DNA of 64,000 nucleotides from a virus (lineage: Duplodnaviria > Caudoviricetes), in the IMG/VR virus record IMGVR_UViG_3300027819_000001, positions 1 through 64,000 of that record. One strand, written 5' to 3'. The translations under genes were made by a program, and so were the position numbers. The notes beneath the pieces were generated by a model, which did not search any database, had not been told where the DNA came from, and saw only the letters and a list, made by a program, of their open reading frames with translations. Positions 1-6,741 of this stretch are shown here, piece by piece (position 1 is the stretch's first letter; every line of letters starts with the position of its first letter).

Positions 1-86
1 TGGCGTGGGAGAACAGCAGGGTCGTGGCGTGGGAGAACAGCACGGTCGTGGCGTGGGGGAACAGCAGGGTCGAGGCGAGGGGGAAC
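1..86 (+). repeat. 24-bp coding tandem repeat (about 3.5 units visible)
   Basis: GTGGCGTGGGAGAACAGCAGGGTC-like units at 1-23, 24-47, 48-71, degenerate 72-86. Confidence 0.9.
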
Positions 87-596
87 GTGTGCGTCTGGAA
101 TCAATCAGACGATTCTATCGTTACCCTGTTCGCATTTGCTGTGGCGTTCTTGTTCCGAAAGGCCAAGGCGACACGGAAATCGAAAACATCGACTATCATT
201 CGACCCGTGAAGAAGGCTGGCTTGAATGGTTGGTTGGAAGATCACGCCATAAAGCCTGAAAAGTCAGTGGTGCTATTCAAACGGGTGTCGAAAGACTTCC
301 TCACTCAGGAAGGTCAGTCCAGCGAAACCAATTGGACACCTGGTGAGACGCGAACACATGCGGATTGGACTCCTAAAGGACAGGAATGCGGTGCCGGTAC
401 ATTTCACGCTTGCGCACGTCCTTACTTCTGTGATGAGTTTCGATCCACTGTCGGTGATAGGTACATCGCTATTAAGATCGACAAGAAAGACCTGTACGCA
501 TGGCCGGAACCGGAACCGAAGTATCCGCACAAGATCGCGTTCAGGAAAGGAACTGTGCTGTATGAGGTTGACCGGTTCGGAGACAAGATCGTATGA
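3..596 (+). CDS. 5'-truncated phage protein with N-terminal 8-aa repeats (VVAWENSR)
   Basis: Frame open from base 3; repeats followed by a conserved-looking C-terminal domain (ECGAGTFHAC...YPHKIAFRKG). Confidence 0.8.
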   Translation, partial: AWENSRVVAWENSTVVAWGNSRVEARGNVCVWNQSDDSIVTLFAFAVAFLFRKAKATRKSKTSTIIRPVKKAGLNGWLEDHAIKPEKSVVLFKRVSKDFLTQEGQSSETNWTPGETRTHADWTPKGQECGAGTFHACARPYFCDEFRSTVGDRYIAIKIDKKDLYAWPEPEPKYPHKIAFRKGTVLYEVDRFGDKIV

Positions 597-834
597 AAAA
601 ACCACGAAGCAAACCTGGGCTTGGAAAGGCCAAGCCAGCAAACGACAGAGGGTTCCTACGGATTGATTGGGTGGACCGCTACGGTGCCGAGTGCTCGCTT
701 CAAGAGAGCAGCCTTGGGTTGGATATCCTATTCCAAAGGAAGTGCTGCTGACGACCCGGATGCACCTTAACCGCAAGATGGTCTCCAAACTCATCGTCAG
801 TCTTCAACGCTGGCTCGACACAGGAAGACTATGA
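593..834 (+). pseudogene. Small conserved phage protein broken by a frameshift, probably an internal deletion
   Basis: ATG593 frame gives ...DRYGAECSLQESSL; the -1 frame from 715 gives WVGYPIPKEVLLTTRMHL...TGRL* (TGA 832-834); both ends ATGA-coupled; 242 nt. Confidence 0.75.
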
Positions 835-1112
835 AACACACCTACATCGAAGAGACGGACGTTGGCAATCGAGTTGTCTGCGACGTTTGCGACGAGGACT
901 ACACGAACTCACCGGAGTGCGGAGGATTCCTCTTCCAAAGTTATGCTTACTGTCCGAAGTGCGCTCCCAAGCAACTCAAGCTGATCAAACGGTACAACGA
1001 GGAGCACTTCATCAAAGCGCACTGCCCTCCAAACATGGCCTTTGCCAAATGGGTCCTCTCCCTTCGGGGAGGGGACAACACCATTCGCGTGATTACCACC
1101 CGCGACGAGTAA
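831..1112 (+). CDS. Hypothetical Zn-binding protein
   Basis: CDVC and CPKC motifs; ATGA coupling. Confidence 0.75.
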   Translation: MKHTYIEETDVGNRVVCDVCDEDYTNSPECGGFLFQSYAYCPKCAPKQLKLIKRYNEEHFIKAHCPPNMAFAKWVLSLRGGDNTIRVITTRDE

Positions 1113-1120
1113 ACCAATTT

Positions 1121-1194
1121 GCCTGTCCGCCTCTCGCCGAGAGGGAGCCGTGGTAGCTCTCGTATTCCTTCGACGGACAGGCTTTCACTTTCTT
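1121..1194 (+). ncRNA. Candidate multibranch RNA element / attenuator-like leader
   Basis: GCCTGTCCG(1121-1129)/CGGACAGGC(1174-1182) closes hairpins CCTCTC-GCC-GAGAGG and GAGC-CGTGGTA-GCTC; U-rich tail then ATG1195. Confidence 0.5.
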
Positions 1195-1539
1195 ATGCAA
1201 ACAATTCAAGAACTCCGATGCGCTCGACGTGAAGCTGAGCGATCACTAAAGATTCACGATGACCGTCTGCCGATGCCAAAGAATGGAGACCTGCGCGTCT
1301 GGTGGATTCCTCAGGTTCCTGGAAAACCTTTCCACGTCCTGGTGCCGGACATCAGAACAGCAAAGGTCATGCTGGACGCTCTGGCGCAGTACGACCTGTT
1401 CCAGTTGGCAAACAAACTCAAACCAGATTACTCGAATGTCGGAGGACTTGAAGTTCACGATGGCTTTGAGTGGTCCGGTTGGGAAGATGACGAAGGCCAA
1501 GAAATCGACGCTTACGGTCTCGATGGTAAACTGGTTTGA
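1195..1539 (+). CDS. P22 gp17-like (superinfection-exclusion-related) protein; start 1195 or 1273
   Basis: LRVWWIPQVPGKPF...DALAQYDLFQ..N..KPDYSNVGGLE..W matches the gp17 family pattern as I recall it. Confidence 0.7.
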   Translation: MQTIQELRCARREAERSLKIHDDRLPMPKNGDLRVWWIPQVPGKPFHVLVPDIRTAKVMLDALAQYDLFQLANKLKPDYSNVGGLEVHDGFEWSGWEDDEGQEIDAYGLDGKLV

Positions 1540-1563
1540 CTTTCCGTAACGATCTGTTACGGT
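1536..1563 (+). promoter_or_regulatory. sigma70-like promoter P1 with overlapping palindromic operator
   Basis: TTGACT(1536-1541)-16 nt-TACGGT(1558-1563); palindrome CCGTAAC-GATCT-GTTACGG at 1544-1562. Confidence 0.6.
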
Positions 1564-1569
1564 CCGCTC

Positions 1570-1620
1570 ATGATGTCGGTGTTAAGCCCGATAAGAGATT
1601 CACGGTTTGAGCGGATTTAA
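1570..1620 (+). CDS. Putative leaderless 16-aa peptide MMSVLSPIRDSRFERI
   Basis: ATG is the 7th nt after the -10 box; TAA overlaps ATG1620 (TAATG). Confidence 0.3.
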   Translation: MMSVLSPIRDSRFERI

Positions 1621-1868
1621 TGTCCGGGGCCGCTGTCGAAAGGCAGCACCCAAAAAGACTCCCCGTCTCTTCTGGTGGCTTAACGGCCCCGGACTTTTTT
1701 TTGTCCATGGCACCCGACCCGAACATAGCGGATCGCTGCGTATGGTGCGGTGACGTTCTGGTTCGTCCGGTTAGCGTTTGCGCCGGTATGCGACAGAACG
1801 GTGGGACGGAAAATATCGACATTTCAAAACCGCCACGAATTGTGAAAGGCGCAAAATTGATGACCTAG
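1620..1868 (+). CDS. Small hypothetical protein (start 1620 or 1707)
   Basis: ORF with CVWCG; runs through the structure above. Confidence 0.35.
   Translation: MSGAAVERQHPKRLPVSSGGLTAPDFFLSMAPDPNIADRCVWCGDVLVRPVSVCAGMRQNGGTENIDISKPPRIVKGAKLMT
1622..1702 (+). terminator. Multibranch terminator/attenuator-like structure
   Basis: 11-bp stem GTCCGGGGCCG/CGGCCCCGGAC enclosing GCTGTC-GAAA-GGCAGC, followed by T8 (1695-1702). Confidence 0.65.
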
Positions 1869-2081
1869 TGACCGAGTCTCCTGGATGCTTCCGAAGCTGC
1901 CAGGTGTTGCGCGTGTAGACCAAATACGGATTCCTAACGAAGGAACGTGAGTTCTGCGCTTCTTTCCTTCACTGGAAAGAAGTGTCCCCAAAGCCGTTTC
2001 CTTCAAAGAAACATGCAGGTCTGAGGGAACGGGAACAAAGAGACCGGACAGAAGAGAAGAAACAAGGTACAAGGAGAACAA

Positions 2082-2555
2082 ATGACAAAGATAACCGGCA
2101 AGCTGACCCAGTACGGATTTGAGTGGGGAGCGGCAACGTGTACCAGACTCTTCTCGGATGATAAGGCTGGCTGGGTGACCATCTGGATCAAGACACCGAA
2201 GGAAGATTTGCAGGTGTACGTGACCCGGACTGGCAAGGTTCGGATACACGGGGTGGAAGGCGAATGGACGAAGCCTCCTGGGAAGAGGAAGGTGTTCCGG
2301 TGTCGGATGAAGCGGCCTGGAAAGAACGAGACGCTGATGTCTCCCGCTGTGTATGAGGAGATGAACACGATGGTCCTTGATATCGCGCCGCTGACGGAGA
2401 TCGATAAGGCGGTTGCGATGGCGATAGGGTACGCCAAGCAGCAAAAGAAGAGAGTCCGCTTTGAATTCAACAGCCACACCTACTTGGTGAAGGCGAACAC
2501 AAATCCACGGTCGGTAATCCGGCAGTGGGAGAAGAACCAGAAAGGGAGAGCATAA
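2082..2555 (+). CDS. Hypothetical protein, possibly two fused small domains
   Basis: GGAG upstream; TAATG coupling to next gene. Confidence 0.75.
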   Translation: MTKITGKLTQYGFEWGAATCTRLFSDDKAGWVTIWIKTPKEDLQVYVTRTGKVRIHGVEGEWTKPPGKRKVFRCRMKRPGKNETLMSPAVYEEMNTMVLDIAPLTEIDKAVAMAIGYAKQQKKRVRFEFNSHTYLVKANTNPRSVIRQWEKNQKGRA

Positions 2556-2791
2556 TGAAATCGACGAAGATAACGGTGGAGTTGGACATACCAGAGGCGG
2601 CAGCGGTTTGCGCTGCGCTGATGAACCTAACGCAATGCGGATGGAATGAGGCCGAACAATCAGCCATGAATAAGCTCGAACTGGCTATTCGACAGGCTGC
2701 TGGTGGAAGCACTCCTGAGGAGTGCAGAGAGATAATCCTGGCGCATCTGGAGAAACACCATCCACTGCTTGAGCAGAGTCTCACCGCATGA
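2555..2791 (+). CDS. Hypothetical protein
   Basis: Start refined by TAATG overlap; ATGA to next gene. Confidence 0.7.
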   Translation: MKSTKITVELDIPEAAAVCAALMNLTQCGWNEAEQSAMNKLELAIRQAAGGSTPEECREIILAHLEKHHPLLEQSLTA

Positions 2792-3648
2792 ACCCCTGCA
2801 TCATCGCGTATATCCCGAGACCTGGGAGAGGCAACCCGGAAGTGTTCCTTGAGAATCTTCGGGTCAACTGGCCGACGACACCGACGATCCTGTTCTCTGA
2901 GGTTGAGTGGCCTGAGTGGGAAGGGATCAAGAAGATGAACGCGGATCCTGAGGAGGTAATCAGGGGAGCGCAGGAAAGCCAAAGGAGCGGGTATGGCAAG
3001 AGGAACCCGATGGCGTTGAAGAACGTGCCGTTCTTCTGTGCGTTGAAGCTGGCGATCAAGGGAGGGTACAGCCATTTCATGTTCCTGGAGACGGACTGCC
3101 GGGTGAGGCACAACCGGGTCATTACCGATGACACATGGGACCAGCAAGTCTTGAGAGAGTTCGAACGGAAGCAGCAACGTTCCAAGGTGCCGCTAATCGG
3201 TGCTGGTACGATCGTCATCTATAATCCGAGTAATGGCGGTGCTGCTGGATACTTAAGATTTCAGCGGTTGATGGGCAACTGCGCTGATCACTGCCGGATC
3301 ATGGCGATCTACGGAGGGAAGGGAGCGGAGGACAAGTCCGGTTCGTGCATCTTCCCGAATGGTGCGTTGGGAGTGTACTCGGTGGAACAATTGACGCTGT
3401 TGTTCCCTGAGATCGGAGAGCATGGAGGGGAGGTCAAGCTGTCGCATCAATGCACAGCCTGGGACATGGAGATCGGGAAGAGGGTATGGCAGAAGCACGC
3501 GGACAAGGCGTACGATCACCTGGCGCAGTTGTGGTCGATCTACAGCGGGTATGGGAATGTCCTCACGACGGAAGAGGAGAGACTGAAAATGTTGACGGAT
3601 GGAACCGTGGTGGCCGTTCACCAGGTTAAGAGCAAGGCAACTGTATGA
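2788..3648 (+). CDS. Putative GT-A-fold glycosyltransferase-like protein
   Basis: N-terminal hydrophobic strand, HFMFLETD (DxD-like), FPNGALGVY, C-terminal AVHQVK. Confidence 0.55.
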   Translation: MNPCIIAYIPRPGRGNPEVFLENLRVNWPTTPTILFSEVEWPEWEGIKKMNADPEEVIRGAQESQRSGYGKRNPMALKNVPFFCALKLAIKGGYSHFMFLETDCRVRHNRVITDDTWDQQVLREFERKQQRSKVPLIGAGTIVIYNPSNGGAAGYLRFQRLMGNCADHCRIMAIYGGKGAEDKSGSCIFPNGALGVYSVEQLTLLFPEIGEHGGEVKLSHQCTAWDMEIGKRVWQKHADKAYDHLAQLWSIYSGYGNVLTTEEERLKMLTDGTVVAVHQVKSKATV

Positions 3649-4223
3649 AAACACTGAACGCACTTGGATGCTTTTTGGCTGGCATGATAATGATGGGATT
3701 GATCAACAGGAGCTATTACGAGCCGCCAACTACAAAGAAGGCCACGGTATTTGTGACACCGGATCGATTGTCGGTCATCTGGATCCAGGCCAACAACTGG
3801 ACGAATGGCGAGAGCACATTCCATATCCCGCCGTCGATAGACAAGACGAACCTGGCGAAAGCGGTGTGGCGGTGGGCGCAGTCTGAAGTGTCGCACATCA
3901 CTACGGGTTCCAACAACACGGCTTATGGATCGGATGCTCCCGCCAGTATTGATCCATCTGGCTTGAGGTTTGAGCGGATTGCTGGGCCATCCACGAATAA
4001 GCCAAGGGCCTCGCTCAATGTCTATCAGACCTACGTTGATTCAGCCAACTATGAGCGCGTCGAGTTCGAGAACCTGACAAAGACAAACGACTTTGGGTTC
4101 ACGTTCAGGGTGAGGATGAGTTCTGCTGGGGTTGGAGTTGATCGCCCCGTTCGGCTTCTGCTGGATCGGTATCAAGTATTGATCGGTACCAACGGGCTGG
4201 TAGACCTTCTTTTACTGCCATGA
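3645..4223 (+). CDS. Signal/TM-anchored protein sharing a fibre motif with 51747-53450
   Basis: Hydrophobic N-terminus; ITTGSNNT and NVYQTYVDSANYER. Confidence 0.7.
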   Translation: MKTLNALGCFLAGMIMMGLINRSYYEPPTTKKATVFVTPDRLSVIWIQANNWTNGESTFHIPPSIDKTNLAKAVWRWAQSEVSHITTGSNNTAYGSDAPASIDPSGLRFERIAGPSTNKPRASLNVYQTYVDSANYERVEFENLTKTNDFGFTFRVRMSSAGVGVDRPVRLLLDRYQVLIGTNGLVDLLLLP

Positions 4224-4537
4224 TCCCATTCACACAATTCATGATGCCGGATGGACGGCAAGTTGAGAACACAATCGAGAGACCGGCAGAGATCGAGGAG
4301 AAGGCAAAGGCGTTGATCAATGCCGGGTACCGATTTGAGATTGAAGTCCTGAATACTGGCGAGATCAGCATGGAGTGTTGTCTTGGGCACGCTTCGCTTG
4401 CTTCGGAGATATGCGTTAACGGTCCGGCTGTCCCTCTTGCCACGGACAAGATGATCAACGAAGCGTACTGCGCCTGGGTTAAACTTGGCAGGACACCCGC
4501 TGATGATTACTGGGAGCAAATCTCCAACTCGATATGA
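4220..4537 (+). CDS. Hypothetical protein
   Basis: Coupled ORF. Confidence 0.75.
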   Translation: MIPFTQFMMPDGRQVENTIERPAEIEEKAKALINAGYRFEIEVLNTGEISMECCLGHASLASEICVNGPAVPLATDKMINEAYCAWVKLGRTPADDYWEQISNSI

Positions 4538-5406
4538 AAGACTACACCGCCGCATACATGGAGTATCGTTCTGCTGGGAAGACCTTCCAGTTCTCGCATC
4601 GATGGCTGCTCACCAACACACTCAAGGAATGGCAGAAATGGCTGTCCGACAAGGAGTATCACCACAACATCATTCGGGAGGCGGTTGAGGAGTTCATCCC
4701 AGCCGTCCGATCAGGGCATAGGCCAGCGGACAAGTTCAGGCGCGAGGTAGCCATCATCAAAAAGTATTTCACGTTCATGTTCTCGGAGGGGTTGATACCG
4801 TCAGCACCGAACCTCAATATGCCACCAATCCCCGTGCCTCCACCGGTTGAGACCAAACCGTTAAACGAGGAACAGCGGGACAAGATGCTGTTCGCCATCT
4901 CTGTGTGGCCAATCAACCGGGTGAGGGAATCGCTGTATCACGGGATGATCATGGGGCTTGAGACCGGGTTGAGGTTCACGGATATCCGGCAGATGAAGTG
5001 GGATCAGGTATCGTTCAAGGAGATGTGCATCCGGGTTCACCCTTCCAAGACAAGGTGGCGTGGTGGGGTTGGTAAAATGGCAACCATCCCGATGAGCAAC
5101 GCGCTCAAGGATTACCTGAACATGATCAAGAAGAGATCAGTGGACGATCTTGTCTCACCGATGGAGTTTCGAAACAAAGAGGCATCGGAGGCCGCTCTTG
5201 CTGACCTTGAGGAGAAGATGGGTTTCAAGTGCGGCGCCCACGAAATGAGAACCACATTCATCACTCACTGGCTGGTGAAGAGGAAGGTGGCACCGACGAT
5301 TTTGATGGGAGTCACCGGCCACAAGTGCCTCAACTCCCTGACCCATTACATGCACAACTCTTTGGAGGAATCCAGGGCAGCGATGGGATTACCAGAACCA
5401 GAATAA
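4534..5406 (+). CDS. int: Tyrosine recombinase/integrase
   Basis: ETGLRFTD (R), PSKTR (K), AHEMR (HxxR), TGHK (H), THY (Y). Confidence 0.9.
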   Translation: MKDYTAAYMEYRSAGKTFQFSHRWLLTNTLKEWQKWLSDKEYHHNIIREAVEEFIPAVRSGHRPADKFRREVAIIKKYFTFMFSEGLIPSAPNLNMPPIPVPPPVETKPLNEEQRDKMLFAISVWPINRVRESLYHGMIMGLETGLRFTDIRQMKWDQVSFKEMCIRVHPSKTRWRGGVGKMATIPMSNALKDYLNMIKKRSVDDLVSPMEFRNKEASEAALADLEEKMGFKCGAHEMRTTFITHWLVKRKVAPTILMGVTGHKCLNSLTHYMHNSLEESRAAMGLPEPE

Positions 5407-5410
5407 ATCT

Positions 5411-5579
5411 ATGATAAACATCAAAAACAAAAACAAGGGAGCCGTGTTGGCAGCCCTCTACAACGCATCTAAACCACAAGGACGATCTGAGCAAAGACGA
5501 GTTTGACCCATGGGAGTACGATCGCGATAACGGAAGTGGAGCAGCCGAAATGGCCCTGAAAGCCCTGAAAGAAATATGA
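5411..5579 (+). pseudogene. Conserved small phage protein broken by an internal deletion/frameshift
   Basis: ATG5411 frame gives MINIKNKNKGAVLAALYNASKPQG; frame from 5481 gives DDLSKDEFDPWEYDRDNGSGAAEMALKALKEI* (TGA overlaps ATG5576); 169 nt. Confidence 0.75.
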
Positions 5580-6193
5580 GCGAAAACAAAGACGATAAAC
5601 CGATATTCAAATGGGACGTTGAGGCGAAGCAGAAGCGCGACGATCAACGTGCGATGGAATCTGCCGCTGAGAAGCTGGCAGGACGGCGACGTGTGGTGGC
5701 CATCAAAATCAACAACACCTTCAAGAAGTGGATGAAGGAACTTTGTCGGCAGAAGCGGAGCAAGGAAGAGGTTGAAGCATTCCTCGAACAACTCCCGAAG
5801 ATGTACGCCGCCATTCCTGACATCGATGAGGTCATGCCGGAATGGAAGCGGTTCACCGACGAGTTCATCAAGATGAAGCTGGCGGAGATCATGGCCGATA
5901 ACATGGTGTCCGAGAATGTCATCGAACAGTTGAGTCCGACCGGCGATAGAGTGGAGAACGGAGCCACGACAATCACCACCAGGGAGGAGTTCGAATCCAT
6001 CCCATTCATCGATGCCATCCGGAAGTGCAAAGCTTTCGTGGGGTTCCTGAGGAATCCTCCCAAGCTCATCGCATTGTTCGACGATGGGGACACAACCGAT
6101 ATCGCCATCTACCAGAACAACCGTGGGATCGATCACATCCCGCCTGCCATGGTGTTCGACGACGAGGCCAAGAAGAAGGTGAGGGACAACTGA
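5576..6193 (+). CDS. Hypothetical protein
   Basis: 205-aa coupled ORF. Confidence 0.8.
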   Translation: MSENKDDKPIFKWDVEAKQKRDDQRAMESAAEKLAGRRRVVAIKINNTFKKWMKELCRQKRSKEEVEAFLEQLPKMYAAIPDIDEVMPEWKRFTDEFIKMKLAEIMADNMVSENVIEQLSPTGDRVENGATTITTREEFESIPFIDAIRKCKAFVGFLRNPPKLIALFDDGDTTDIAIYQNNRGIDHIPPAMVFDDEAKKKVRDN

Positions 6194-6741
6194 TGAACCA
6201 CGGGTTTTGCAAGCACTGGGCTGGAGCGGAGAAGCAGTACTGCCTCAAGCAAATCATCTGGAGGACCAAGGCGGTGCCAGGTCATTGGTGGACACTCCCG
6301 AACAGGATCCCGTGCCGGGTCGAAAGCCTCAGAGGCAAAGGGGTTCGGGATTGCGAATGCTTCTGCCTACCGGACCTGCCTGATCCGGACCTGCCTGAGT
6401 CTAACCCAAAGAGGATACTGAGAGTTCCTCCAGGACTGCTCGACTTCCCAACGATCAAGGAAGCGGTGCAAGAGTTGATCAGTTCCGGACACACAACCAT
6501 GTTCATCGACTGTCCGTTGTGCGAGGAACCGCTGATCGTGACGATAAAGACACCCCACATCAAAAGCAGTAGGGAGACACGACCCTACGTAAAATTGCAA
6601 TGCGGAAAAAAATGCTGGTACCACGAAGGCTTCCTTGGACGTGGTGGGGCTATTGGACCGAGATCAAAACAAACAAATGAAACCAAAACAGAAAACGCCA
6701 GTGGAACCGAGACCAACAAAACGGCTGTTACAACCGCCTGA
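6193..6741 (+). CDS. Cys-rich hypothetical protein
   Basis: Start refined by TGATG; several Cys clusters; converges on the late operon. Confidence 0.6.
   Translation: MNHGFCKHWAGAEKQYCLKQIIWRTKAVPGHWWTLPNRIPCRVESLRGKGVRDCECFCLPDLPDPDLPESNPKRILRVPPGLLDFPTIKEAVQELISSGHTTMFIDCPLCEEPLIVTIKTPHIKSSRETRPYVKLQCGKKCWYHEGFLGRGGAIGPRSKQTNETKTENASGTETNKTAVTTA

Noticed and set aside
1-86. CRISPR array
   Set aside because: Units are contiguous, have no spacers and are in-frame coding repeats
700-730. Programmed -1 ribosomal frameshift
   Set aside because: No slippery heptamer, and the product would still lack the central block recalled from homologues
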